Positions 16,652 to 25,456 of a stretch of DNA of 32,000 bases are shown in pieces. The DNA is taken from positions 114,057 to 146,056 of the forward strand of contig NZ_LT963434.1 of NCBI RefSeq assembly GCF_900199515.1, written 5' to 3'. Within the stretch, counting starts at the first letter, position 1. Each line of letters begins with the position of its first letter. The position numbers and the translations under genes were made by a program. The DNA is from Massilicoli timonensis. Its GTDB lineage: Bacteria > Bacillota_I > Bacilli_A > Erysipelotrichales > Erysipelotrichaceae. Under the pieces are notes generated by a model. That model was given only the letters and a program-made list of their open reading frames with translations. It was not told where the DNA came from and made no database searches.

Positions 16652-17131
16652 ATGAAAAAGTTAAGTGCATTGCTAGTGGGGATCTAATTGCTGAGCGGCT
16701 GTGGCGGCGGCGGTGATTCCGAAGAAGGAAAAAGAGTCTGTGAAGTCAATAAAATGTTGGATATGGATGGTGTAGAAATTATCCTGACGGCAACGGGATC
16801 TGAGGAAGAAGTCAAGAAAATGACATTTGATTTTACCATGGACATGAATGCATTGCTGGAAGAAACCGCCTTTTCTATCAACTTTGACGATATGAGCGAT
16901 GAGGATAAAGCAACTTTCAAAGATATGATGGCAGAACAGATGGAAACTTCGATCGCAGATGAATTCGGATCTGACAGCGAAGCGGTAACGGCGGAAAGTG
17001 ATCTGGACGGTTCTAATCTGATCATCAAACTGGAAATCGACGGTGAAAAGGTTGACGGCGGCATGCAGAAGATGTCGATGGACGAATTTGTAGAAATGGT
17101 CGAATCGGATCTGAAAGGAACTTGTAAATAA
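16652..17131 (+). pseudogene. small acidic lipoprotein gene interrupted by an in-frame TAA inside the signal peptide
   Basis: ATG at 16652 lies 9 nt after GAGGAG and encodes MKKLSALLVGI. TAA follows at 16685-16687. The same frame then continues as LLSGCGGGGDSEEGK..., i.e. the lipobox L-S-G-C. The track ORF simply restarts at the TTG at 16688 directly after the stop. Confidence 0.6.
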
Positions 17132-17138
17132 TAAAAAC

Positions 17139-17172
17139 GGATCGTTTCCCTAAAAAGGAAACGATCTTTTTT
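17139..17172. terminator. bidirectional intrinsic terminator between convergent genes
   Basis: GGATCGTTTCC / GGAAACGATC forms a 10-bp perfect stem, with an A-run upstream and a T-run downstream. Confidence 0.7.
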
Positions 17173-17206
17173 ACGAAAAAAGCAAGCAAAGAGAACACGC
17201 TTGTCT

Positions 17207-18148
17207 TTATTTGTATTTTTTGCCCTGCCATGTGTTTAGGCTGCGCATGCGTTTATCAATGTCATTGAGAACGCATACTTTCCGTTTGGTCCAAAGCGGC
17301 GCTGCCAGCAAAGCATCGATTCCATCACCGGTCAAACGCTGTATGATGATATGTGGATCGATCACTTCCAGCTGCTTTACTACCAGCTCCACATATTCCT
17401 CTTGACTTAGCAAAGGAAACGGTTTTTCCTGATAACGGGCATAAAGGGCGGTGCCTTTTAATAAGTGCAGCATATGGATCTTCAGGGCATGGATGGGCAA
17501 GGCACCGACTGTTTTTGCGGAATGGATCATCATTTCCTCGGTTTCATTAGGAAGACCGTTGATCAAATGCACACAGATCTTCACATGCGTTTTTTGTAAG
17601 CGGGCAATGCAGTCGGTAAATTCTTCATAAGTATGTCCGCGATTCATCGCCAGGGCGGTTTCATCATAGACGCTCTGTAATCCCAGTTCGATCCAAATAT
17701 CCTTTGTCTGACACATTTCATCCAGATAAGAAAGAATTTCATCGCTGATACAGTCGGCACGGGTGGCAATGCAGATCGCAATGACATCATCACGCTCTAA
17801 AAACGGGGTAAAGCATGCCTTTAATTGCTCTAGTGTGCCATAGGTATTGGTAAAGGCCTGAAAATAAGCCATTGCTTTGCCGGTCGGCCATTTTTTTCGC
17901 ATCATCGCCAATCCTTCTTCAAATTGTTCTTGCAGATCTATCCCGCTTTTTACACATTCTCCGCTGCCGGCGCTCCCACAGAATAAACAGCCGCCGTACC
18001 CCTTTGTGCCATCACGGTTCGGACAGGTAAATCCCGCATCTAAAGGCACCTTGAATACTTTTTGATGATAGGTGTGTTTGAGATAATAGTTCCATGTATA
18101 ATAGCGTTTGTTGTCATCGCTGTATGGAAAAGGATTGTCTTTTTTCAT
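17207..18148 (-). CDS. TIGR01212-family radical SAM protein (YhcC-like)
   Basis: MKKDNPFPYSDDNKRYYTWNYYLK...KVPLDAGFTCPNRDGTKGYGGCLFC is the characteristic N-terminus of this family. ATG at 18148 is preferred over the TTG at 18232 used by the track. Confidence 0.8.
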   Translation of the reverse strand: MKKDNPFPYSDDNKRYYTWNYYLKHTYHQKVFKVPLDAGFTCPNRDGTKGYGGCLFCGSAGSGECVKSGIDLQEQFEEGLAMMRKKWPTGKAMAYFQAFTNTYGTLEQLKACFTPFLERDDVIAICIATRADCISDEILSYLDEMCQTKDIWIELGLQSVYDETALAMNRGHTYEEFTDCIARLQKTHVKICVHLINGLPNETEEMMIHSAKTVGALPIHALKIHMLHLLKGTALYARYQEKPFPLLSQEEYVELVVKQLEVIDPHIIIQRLTGDGIDALLAAPLWTKRKVCVLNDIDKRMRSLNTWQGKKYK

Positions 18149-18236
18149 GTGGATCACCGTTTCTATTGTAGCATAAAAGCCCGTTTTTTTACCAAGTAAA
18201 ATAAAAAAAAAAAGTCGAAAAACAGTATTCAAATGA

Positions 18237-18265
18237 TTGAAAAAGCGTTATACTTATGTTAAAGT
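18237..18265 (+). promoter_or_regulatory. sigma-A-type promoter with extended -10
   Basis: TTGAAA (18237-18242), a 17-nt spacer ending in TGT, then TAAAGT (18260-18265). Confidence 0.45.
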
Positions 18266-18398
18266 TATCAGGCAATGACAGCAGTACCGAATGAAATGAG
18301 ATCAGTAAAACGTGAAACATGGATCAGGGAAGAAGCATTGGCTTTGCGCGGATTCCTTTTTTCTTGACTGCTTTTTAGAGGAAACGAGGTGCAGGATC

Positions 18399-19082
18399 GT
18401 GGAGGGCGAGAAACGAATTGTCGAAACCAGTAAAGGATTGATCGAGTATCAGTGCGTCCGCAAGCAGGTGAAAAATATCAATATGCGTATCGATGCGGGA
18501 GGTGCGGTCATCGTATCCGCCAACTATTTTCTTGCGCATCAGGATATCGATCGCTTCGTATCGGAAAAGGCGGACTGGATCTGCCGCAAGAAGCAGGAGA
18601 TCAATAAACGGCTGTCGGTGCAGCACATGAATACGCATGCACTGCTGTTTCTTGGGAAAGAGCGGAAGGTAAAATACTGTAAGAGCGGTACGCTGCGCTA
18701 TGACAGTGAATATCTTTATGTGCCGAAAAAAGCAAAGATGGATGAGGAAACGGCGCTGGAGCAGGCGCTTACGGAGCTTTGCCGCATTATTTTTGCGGAT
18801 ATCGCCGAAGTTACGTATCGGCGTATGAAAGGGCAATATGTGATTGCTATGCCGACGATCCGCATCAGAAAGATGCGTACGCGCTGGGGCAGCTGTAATC
18901 CTGCGGCAGGACGTATTACCCTGAATCGTTCTTTGATCCACTATCCGATCGATTTTATTGAATATGTGATCTTGCATGAATTTGCACATCTTGTCGTGCC
19001 GAATCATTCCCATGACTTCTACCGGCTGGTAGGCGGGTTTATGCCCGATTACCGCCAGCGGATCAAGCTTGTGAAAGGATAA
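18399..19082 (+). CDS. YgjP/DUF45-family zinc metallohydrolase (M48-like)
   Basis: The C-terminal region has TRWGSCNPAAGRITLN and the HEFAHL zinc motif. GTG at 18399 lies 7 nt after GAGGTG and gives ~227 aa, typical for the family. The track start at 18312 is possible but has no RBS. Confidence 0.7.
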   Translation: MEGEKRIVETSKGLIEYQCVRKQVKNINMRIDAGGAVIVSANYFLAHQDIDRFVSEKADWICRKKQEINKRLSVQHMNTHALLFLGKERKVKYCKSGTLRYDSEYLYVPKKAKMDEETALEQALTELCRIIFADIAEVTYRRMKGQYVIAMPTIRIRKMRTRWGSCNPAAGRITLNRSLIHYPIDFIEYVILHEFAHLVVPNHSHDFYRLVGGFMPDYRQRIKLVKG

Positions 19083-19105
19083 CCGCAATCACTGCGGTTT
19101 TTTTG
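19081..19105 (+). terminator. intrinsic terminator
   Basis: AACCGCA atcac TGCGGTT followed by a T-run. Confidence 0.7.
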
Positions 19106-19132
19106 TTGTTTCCGTGATGATTTGTGCTAAAA
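19103..19132 (+). promoter_or_regulatory. promoter with extended -10 upstream of the nfnA-like gene
   Basis: TTGTTG (19103-19108), an 18-nt spacer, then TGCTAAAAT (19124-19132). Confidence 0.45.
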
Positions 19133-19213
19133 TATAAAAATAAGCAGGTGCTGAAAAGAAATGAGCAGCCATACGATTTACTAAGTGTAATTGTGGAAAG
19201 AGAGGAAGAGAAG

Positions 19214-20056
19214 ATGTTTGAAATACTGGAAAAGGAATCGCTGAATCCGACTGTTACGAAAATGGTCGTCAAAGCGCCGCTGATCGCAAAAAAAGCGCAG
19301 CCGGGACAGTTTATCATTTTACGTGCTGAGGAAAACGGCGAGCGGATCCCGCTTACGATCGCTGATTATGATCGGGAAGCGGGCACGATTACGATTATAT
19401 TTCAGATCGTCGGCAAAACGACGATGCGTTTACAGGATCTTTCGGTTGGGGAGCCATTGCCTACTTTTGTAGGACCGCTGGGCAGTGCCAGTGAGATCAA
19501 AGGTTTGAAAAAGGTGGCGGTGATCGGCGGCGGGGTCGGCTGTGCGATTGCGTATCCTTTAGCAAAAGCGCTGCATGAGCAAGGGACGATTGTGCATACG
19601 GTTACCGGTTTTCGAAACCGTGATCTGGTGATTTTGGAGGAAGCTTTTACAAAAGTGAGCGATCGTTATGAACTGATCAGCGATGATGGTTCTACCGGGC
19701 GCAAAGGTCTTGTAACCGATGTGCTAAGGGAATGGATCGAACAGGGAGAACGCTATGATGAAGTCATTGCGATCGGTCCGCTTGCCATGATGAAGTTTGT
19801 ATCATTGCTTACCAAACGCTATGGCATAAAAACGATCGTTTCCATGAATCCGATCATGATCGACGGCACCGGCATGTGCGGCGGCTGTCGCATCAGCGTC
19901 GGCGGTGAAGTGAAGTTTGCCTGTGTGGACGGACCGGATTTCGATGGACATCTCGTTGATTTTGATGAAGCGATTTCCCGCAGCGCGACATATCGTGCTT
20001 TTGAAGCGCGAAAGCGGGAAGAATACTGTCAGTTAATGGGAAAGAAGGAAGCGTAA
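19214..20056 (+). CDS. nfnA: FAD/NAD(P)-binding, [2Fe-2S]-containing oxidoreductase subunit (NfnA/SudB/GltD-partner type)
   Basis: The ferredoxin-reductase-like fold is indicated by PGQFIILR, RIPLTIAD and GGGVGCA. The C-terminal cysteine cluster is GTGMCGGCR...FACVDGP. ATG at 19214 follows a GA-rich RBS; the track start at 19124 has none. Confidence 0.75.
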   Translation: MFEILEKESLNPTVTKMVVKAPLIAKKAQPGQFIILRAEENGERIPLTIADYDREAGTITIIFQIVGKTTMRLQDLSVGEPLPTFVGPLGSASEIKGLKKVAVIGGGVGCAIAYPLAKALHEQGTIVHTVTGFRNRDLVILEEAFTKVSDRYELISDDGSTGRKGLVTDVLREWIEQGERYDEVIAIGPLAMMKFVSLLTKRYGIKTIVSMNPIMIDGTGMCGGCRISVGGEVKFACVDGPDFDGHLVDFDEAISRSATYRAFEARKREEYCQLMGKKEA

Positions 20057-20057
20057 G

Positions 20058-21464
20058 ATGGCAAATATGAAATTAACGAAAACAGCGATGTCTTTGCAGG
20101 ATGCAGAGATCCGCTGTCATAATTTTGAAGAAGTGGCGCTTGGCTACAAGAAAGAAGAAGCGATGGAGGAGGCGATGCGCTGTCTGCACTGTGCGCATGC
20201 ACCTTGCATCAGCGGCTGTCCGGTCGGGATCCAGATTCCCAGCTTTATCGAACAGATCGCTAAGGGCAATGAGGAAGAGGCTTATCGCATCATTGCATTA
20301 GACAGTGCGCTGCCGGCTGTGTGCGGCCGGGTATGTCCGCAGGAAAGTCAGTGTGAAAGCAAATGTGTGCGGGGAATCAAAGGGGAAGCAGTTGCGATCG
20401 GCAGATTGGAGCGATATGCGGCAGATGCGCACCTGCAAAAGGGAAAACAGATGGATGGAAAAAGACAGAATAACGGTCATAAGATCGCGATCGTCGGCGC
20501 CGGTCCTTCAGGCCTTACCTGTGCAAAGGACCTCGCGATGAAAGGCTATGCAGTTACGATCTTTGAGGCGCTGCATGAAGCCGGTGGGGTCTTGGTCTAT
20601 GGCATTCCCGAATTTCGTCTGCCGAAGACCATCGTTCAGCATGAAATCGAAGGTTTGAAACAGCTGGGGGTACGCATTGAGACCGATATGGTGATCGGAC
20701 GTGTCATCAGTGTGGATGAACTGATGGAAGAGGAGGGCTATGAAGCGGTCTATCTTGCCAGCGGTGCCGGTCTGCCGCGCTTTTTGCACCTGCCCGGTGA
20801 AAACTTAAAAGGCGTTTACAGCGCCAATGAATTTTTAACGCGTATCAATTTGATGAAGGCTTATCAGCAAGACAGTGAAACACCGATCCAGCACGCATCG
20901 AAAGTGATCGTGGTCGGGGGCGGAAATGTGGCAATGGATGCGGCGCGTTGTGCCAGACGGCTTGGCGCGGAAGTGCATATCGTCTATCGCCGCAGCATGG
21001 ATGAATTACCGGCCCGCAAGGAAGAAGTGGAGCATGCACAAGAAGAAGGCATTATTTTTGATCTGTTGCATAATCCGATTTGTGTCCACGGCGATGAAAA
21101 CGGCTGGATCAAAGCGGTGGAATGTGTCCGCATGGAATTAGGAGAACCGGATGAAAGCGGACGCAGACGGCCGCAGGAAGTCAAAGACAGCGCCTTTTTG
21201 ATCGAAGCAGACTGCATGATCGTAGCGATCGGCACTTCGCCAAATCCATTGCTGCATAAAACCACGCCGCATTTGGAAACCAACGCTAAGGGCGGCATCA
21301 TTACCGATGAAAACGGCGCTACCAGCAAGCAGGGCGTATTCGCGGGCGGTGATGCGGTAAGCGGCGCCGCTACGGTGATCTTAGCGATGGGAGCAGGCAA
21401 AAAAGCAGCGGCTGCCATTGACGCCTATGTGCAGGAACAGGCAATTCATAGCAAAAATATGTAG
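20058..21464 (+). CDS. nfnB: NADPH-dependent glutamate-synthase-small-chain-like oxidoreductase (NfnB/GltD family)
   Basis: Two N-terminal Fe-S cysteine clusters are present (CLHCAHAPCISGCP, CGRVCPQESQCESKC). Two Rossmann motifs follow (IVGAGPSGLTCA, VVGGGNVAMD). The gene starts 2 nt after the upstream stop. Confidence 0.85.
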   Translation: MANMKLTKTAMSLQDAEIRCHNFEEVALGYKKEEAMEEAMRCLHCAHAPCISGCPVGIQIPSFIEQIAKGNEEEAYRIIALDSALPAVCGRVCPQESQCESKCVRGIKGEAVAIGRLERYAADAHLQKGKQMDGKRQNNGHKIAIVGAGPSGLTCAKDLAMKGYAVTIFEALHEAGGVLVYGIPEFRLPKTIVQHEIEGLKQLGVRIETDMVIGRVISVDELMEEEGYEAVYLASGAGLPRFLHLPGENLKGVYSANEFLTRINLMKAYQQDSETPIQHASKVIVVGGGNVAMDAARCARRLGAEVHIVYRRSMDELPARKEEVEHAQEEGIIFDLLHNPICVHGDENGWIKAVECVRMELGEPDESGRRRPQEVKDSAFLIEADCMIVAIGTSPNPLLHKTTPHLETNAKGGIITDENGATSKQGVFAGGDAVSGAATVILAMGAGKKAAAAIDAYVQEQAIHSKNM

Positions 21465-21555
21465 GATTTTTACGATTCAATAGATTTCTTTTAGAAATTG
21501 TATAAAAAATATTGAAATCGCTTTCATTTTTCAAAAAACGTGCTATAATGAAATC

Positions 21556-21789
21556 AGAAGATAGGAAACACCTTCTTCTAACCATCATTTTTTCATTCTA
21601 ACACCCCTTTTCTTTATAACACTTAGGCAATGTTATAAAGAAGGAATTTCTGTCAGACATTACATTCCTTCCTTTTGTGTAACCGACAGAGATTCAATTA
21701 TTGTTTCTTATTCATATTTCCTTTCAATTAAATGTATAAGATGAAACAATGGTAGAAGCGCAGAAGAAATTCTGCGTTTCTATATTTTT
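21556..21789 (+). ncRNA. candidate structured small RNA or nfnAB 3'-UTR element (unknown family)
   Basis: The extended -10 TGCTATAAT lies at 21541-21549. A 10-bp perfect hairpin spans 21612-21640 and a 7-bp hairpin spans 21641-21670. TTGTTTC/GAAACAA pairing lies at 21701-21707 and 21743-21749. A strong terminator follows at 21755-21789: an 11-bp stem (GAAGCGCAGAA / TTCTGCGTTTC), a GAAA loop and T-rich flanking sequence. There is no convincing ORF. Confidence 0.3.
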
Positions 21790-22051
21790 AAGAAGCGTTG
21801 TCTTACTGAAGAAAAAGGAGAAATGTTTGCAGCATGGGCGATCTGATGCTTTCAAACAAAGCGTTTTCAAAACGCTGCTTATTTGAAAAAACTATGCTCC
21901 TGCAATGGATCGAACCATGCGATGACACGATCAAAGCGTTCATTAACAGCACGCTATTACAGCGGCGCCTATACTGGGGGTTGCCTATTATAAAAGGGAG
22001 CGCACTTTTGCTTTACACTTACGATTTATAGATGAAAAAAAGGATCGCCTC

Positions 22052-22080
22052 TTGCTTTTTTCAATATTTTTGTTTATACT
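22052..22080 (+). promoter_or_regulatory. sigma-A-type promoter of the leuS T-box leader
   Basis: TTGCTT (22052-22057), a 17-nt spacer, then TATACT (22075-22080). Confidence 0.55.
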
Positions 22081-22086
22081 TGATGA

Positions 22087-22308
22087 CAGCGGCAATGATG
22101 CGAAATAGTAGTCTGATGCAAATAGCATAGAGAACTGATGGCTGGTGGAAATCAGAGTAGGCGCACAGATGAATTGGCTCGCGGAGCCGATACTGAATAA
22201 AAGGTATCCGCATACCGGCGTTATCGGTCAATGAAGGGCATATACGGATGTATATGAACTAAGGTGGTACCGCGTAATGATTACGTCCTTAGAGAGGGAC
22301 GTTTTTTT
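22087..22308 (+). promoter_or_regulatory. T-box riboswitch leader (Leu specifier) with terminator/antiterminator
   Basis: Stem I elements are AGAGA (22129-22133) and the distal-loop sequence CTGGTGGAAATCAG. The candidate specifier context is GAA-TTG-G (22171-22177), with CTC also at 22178-22180; both are Leu codons. The T-box sequence AACTAAGGTGGTACCGCG lies at 22257-22274. The terminator ACGTCC/GGACGT plus T7 lies at 22283-22308. Confidence 0.85.
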
Positions 22309-22330
22309 ATGTTGAGAAAGGTGGATTACA

Positions 22331-24733
22331 ATGGCTTCTTACGATCACAAAAAGGTTGAGAAAAAATGGCAGGATTACTGGCTGAAGCATGATACTTTTG
22401 CCTGTGACACATGGGATTTCTCTAAACCGAAGTATTTTATCATGGATATGTTTCCTTATCCAAGCGGCAATGGCTTGCATGTCGGACATCCGGAAGGCTA
22501 TACCGCAACGGATATCGTTGCCCGCATGAAACGCATGCAGGGCTACAATGTCCTGCATCCGATGGGATGGGATGCGTTTGGCTTGCCGGCAGAGCAGTTT
22601 GCGATCAGCACCGGACATCATCCGGCGGAATTTACAAAACAAAATATCGATCACTTCCGGGATCAGATCCGCGCTTTGGGATTCTCTTATGACTGGAACC
22701 GTGAAATCTCCACGACAGATCCACAGTATTACAAATGGACGCAGTGGATCTTTACCAAACTCTATGAAAAAGGCTTGGCTTATGTCGATGAAATTCCGGT
22801 AAACTGGTGCCCGCAGTTAGGAACGGTATTAGCCAATGAAGAAGTAATTGATGGGAAAAGCGAACGCGGCGGTTATCCGGTCATCCGCAAACCGATGCGC
22901 CAATGGGTTTTGAAGATCACAGCGTACGCGGAGCGTTTGTTGGAAGATCTGGAGTTATGCGACTGGCCGCAGTCCACCAAAGAAATGCAGATCAACTGGA
23001 TCGGTAAAAGCAAGGGGGCAAACGTCGTTTTTGACATCAAGGGCCATGACAAACAGTTTACCGCCTTTACGACCCGCTGTGATACTTTATTTGGAGCAAC
23101 GTACTGCGTGATGGCGCCGGAACATCCTTATGTGAATGAGATTACGACAGAAGCGCAGAAAGCGGCGGTCAAGGCGTATCAGGAAGCATGCGCATCAAAA
23201 TCCGATCTGGAGCGCACGGAACTGAATAAAGATAAAACAGGTGTCTTTACCGGCGCTTATGCGATCAATCCGGTCAATCAAAAAGCAATTCCGATCTGGA
23301 TCTCCGACTATGTTTTGGCAAGCTATGGAACCGGCGCGATCATGGCGGTGCCGGCGCATGATGAACGCGACTATGCTTTTGCCAAGAAATTCGATCTTGA
23401 AATTATCCCGGTTTTGGAAGGCGGCAATATTGAAGAAGCGGCTTATTGTGAAGACGGCATTCACATCAATTCCGATTTCTTAAACGGTTTGAATAAAGAA
23501 GATGCGATCAGCAAGATGATCGATTGGCTGAAGACGCATCACTGCGGAGAAGCAAAAACAACGTATAAGCTGCGTGATTGGCTGTTTTCAAGACAGCGGT
23601 ACTGGGGCGAACCGATCCCGATCATTCATATGGAAGATGGTACAATGCGTACGGTCGATGTAAGCGAACTGCCGCTGGAACTGCCGGCAACGACAAATTT
23701 CAAGCCGACAGGAGACGGAGAAAGTCCATTGGCGCATGTCGATGACTTCATCAACGTGGAGATCGACGGGGTAAAAGGCAAACGGGAAACCAATACGATG
23801 CCGCAGTGGGCAGGCAGCTGCTGGTATTATCTGCGCTATTTAGATCCGCATAATGAAGAAGCGATTGCTGATCCAAAGCTTTTAGCGCACTGGCTGCCGG
23901 TCGATCTGTATGTCGGCGGCGCCGAACATGCGGTATTGCATTTGTTGTATGCGCGTTTCTGGCATAAGGTACTTTATGATTGTGGGGTCGTACCGACCAA
24001 AGAACCGTTCCAAAAGCTGTTCCATCAGGGCATGATCTTAGGGGAAAACAATGAAAAGATGTCAAAGTCAAGAGGCAATGTCGTCAATCCGGATGATATC
24101 GTGGAAAGCCATGGCGCTGATGCTTTGCGGGTCTATGAGATGTTTATGGGACCGCTGGAAGCAAGCCTGCCTTGGTCTACGACCGGCTTAGATGGAAGCA
24201 GAAGATGGTTAGATCGTGTATATCGTTTATTCACTGAGTTTGATAAACTGGATGAGGAAAATGATCACGCGCTGGATAAGAGCTATCATGCGATGATCAA
24301 AAAAGTAACGAAAGATATTGAAACACTGAATCTGAATACGGCGATTTCCGCAATGATGGTCTTTATCAATGATGCTTATAAAGCAGATACACTGTATCGC
24401 CCATATGCGGAAGGGTTTATCAAAGTATTTTCCTGCTTTGCCCCGCATTTAGGAGAAGAAATCTGGACGAGCATCCTGCATCATGAAGGAACGATCGCTT
24501 ATGAACCATGGCCGGTTTATGATGAAGCGATGTTAGTGGAAGAGGAAGTAGAGGTCATCGTACAGGTAAACGGCAAGCTGCGGGCAAAATTTATCATGCC
24601 GGCAAACAGCGAAGAAGAGGCGATCCAAAAGAAAGCATTATCACTTGATGCATTAAAACCGCATTTAGAAGGAAAAACGATCCGCAAGATCATCGTGGTA
24701 AAAGGCAAAGTGGTCAATATCGTCGCAAATTAA
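22331..24733 (+). CDS. leuS: leucine--tRNA ligase
   Basis: An 800-aa class-I synthetase with the HIGH motif ([10 protein letters not shown]) and the KMSKS motif (EKMSKSRGN). It has a LeuRS-type N-terminus and follows a Leu T-box. Confidence 0.95.
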   Translation: MASYDHKKVEKKWQDYWLKHDTFACDTWDFSKPKYFIMDMFPYPSGNGLHVGHPEGYTATDIVARMKRMQGYNVLHPMGWDAFGLPAEQFAISTGHHPAEFTKQNIDHFRDQIRALGFSYDWNREISTTDPQYYKWTQWIFTKLYEKGLAYVDEIPVNWCPQLGTVLANEEVIDGKSERGGYPVIRKPMRQWVLKITAYAERLLEDLELCDWPQSTKEMQINWIGKSKGANVVFDIKGHDKQFTAFTTRCDTLFGATYCVMAPEHPYVNEITTEAQKAAVKAYQEACASKSDLERTELNKDKTGVFTGAYAINPVNQKAIPIWISDYVLASYGTGAIMAVPAHDERDYAFAKKFDLEIIPVLEGGNIEEAAYCEDGIHINSDFLNGLNKEDAISKMIDWLKTHHCGEAKTTYKLRDWLFSRQRYWGEPIPIIHMEDGTMRTVDVSELPLELPATTNFKPTGDGESPLAHVDDFINVEIDGVKGKRETNTMPQWAGSCWYYLRYLDPHNEEAIADPKLLAHWLPVDLYVGGAEHAVLHLLYARFWHKVLYDCGVVPTKEPFQKLFHQGMILGENNEKMSKSRGNVVNPDDIVESHGADALRVYEMFMGPLEASLPWSTTGLDGSRRWLDRVYRLFTEFDKLDEENDHALDKSYHAMIKKVTKDIETLNLNTAISAMMVFINDAYKADTLYRPYAEGFIKVFSCFAPHLGEEIWTSILHHEGTIAYEPWPVYDEAMLVEEEVEVIVQVNGKLRAKFIMPANSEEEAIQKKALSLDALKPHLEGKTIRKIIVVKGKVVNIVAN

Positions 24734-24743
24734 AAAATAAAAT

Positions 24744-24775
24744 GAATCTCTGTCGGCAGACGGAGATTCTTTTTT
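24744..24775 (+). terminator. intrinsic terminator of leuS
   Basis: GAATCTCTGTC ggca GACGGAGATTC forms an 11-bp stem with one G-U pair, followed by TTTTTT. Confidence 0.7.
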
Positions 24776-24825
24776 AGGAAGAAGCTATATGTTCACGTAT
24801 CTATTCTATAAGGAGCGTGTTTTGC

Positions 24826-25353
24826 ATGATCTTGTTGTCACTGTGGATCGCCGATCAAATCAGTCATAAGGCGTCCTTAGCACCTATTTATCAAAAGATG
24901 ATGATGGCATGGTGTGTTAGCTTTAGCATGCGTTATGCTCCTTTTGAAACGGTAAAAGAGGCATGGACTTGGTGCATCGGCATTTGGATGCTTGTGTTAG
25001 CGGCACAGGATCTTGCTTCGATGAAAGTAGATGCATGGAAACTGGATGTGATGTGCTTTCTTGCTTTTGTTTACTGGTATATGCAGGGCGCATGCCTGCT
25101 TGATCTAAGTGTTTCGGTCGTATTGCCGCTTTTCTTTATAATTGGCAATCATTTTCGTAAAATGATCGGCAGCGCGGATATTATCTTGATCTGGATCAGC
25201 TGCTGGATGTTTGGCTTTGGCGGCTTGCTGGCAATGATCTTGATGGCTTCGCTTTCGATGCTTGTTATTTGGCTGTTTGATCGGCGATCTTATTATCCTT
25301 TTGTGCCGGCCTTGGCGTTTGCGATGCAGGTGATGCTGCGGATAGGTGTTTGA
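24826..25353 (+). CDS. A24-family (prepilin-peptidase-like) membrane aspartyl protease, short form
   Basis: A polytopic 175-aa protein. The first candidate catalytic Asp context is LAAQDLASMKVD, and the second is GSADIILI (compare GxGDxKL). The C-terminal YYPFVPALAFA resembles the family's PFGPFLA. ATG at 24826 lies 10 nt after AAGGAG. Confidence 0.5.
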   Translation: MILLSLWIADQISHKASLAPIYQKMMMAWCVSFSMRYAPFETVKEAWTWCIGIWMLVLAAQDLASMKVDAWKLDVMCFLAFVYWYMQGACLLDLSVSVVLPLFFIIGNHFRKMIGSADIILIWISCWMFGFGGLLAMILMASLSMLVIWLFDRRSYYPFVPALAFAMQVMLRIGV

Positions 25354-25389
25354 TAAGGTGTGTTCTCAATATAAGAAAATTGAAAAAGA

Positions 25390-25418
25390 TTGAACTGCTT
25401 TTTGATGTATGATATACT
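25390..25418 (+). promoter_or_regulatory. sigma-A-type promoter with extended -10
   Basis: TTGAAC (25390-25395), a 17-nt spacer ending in TGA, then TATACT (25413-25418). Confidence 0.5.
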
Positions 25419-25456
25419 AGTTACGGTAATTTTGTATAGTTGGAGAGTGATGAACA

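Noticed and set aside
18203-18213. An A11/T11 homopolymer tract between the divergent radical-SAM and ygjP-like genes, considered as a phase-variation switch.
   Set aside because: It lies upstream of both putative promoters' core elements, not in a -35/-10 spacer or a coding region. It is more simply an A/T-rich UP-like or curvature element. A single sequence gives no evidence of length variation.
18375-19088. A 237-aa minus-strand ORF covering the whole YgjP-like gene.
   Set aside because: The plus-strand frame carries the HEFAHL zinc motif and family-typical sequence. The minus-strand product has no recognisable features and no RBS, so it is a shadow ORF.
21590-21680. A minus-strand 20-codon ORF (MSDRNSFFITLPKCYKEKGC), preceded by AAAGGAAGGA, inside the candidate sRNA region. 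The 72-aa minus-strand ORF at 21370-21588 was considered with it.
   Set aside because: The apparent SD is simply the complement of the CU-rich tracts. The terminator in this region is plus-strand-specific. The 72-aa ORF runs antisense into nfnB. Neither has independent support.
21834-22031. A 65-aa ORF (MGDLMLSNKAFSKR...) between the sRNA candidate and the leuS T-box promoter.
   Set aside because: The nearest SD (AAAGGAG, 21814-21820) is 13 nt from the ATG and is better placed for a 7-codon ORF. The sequence has no recognisable features. I cannot exclude a real small protein, but I cannot support it.
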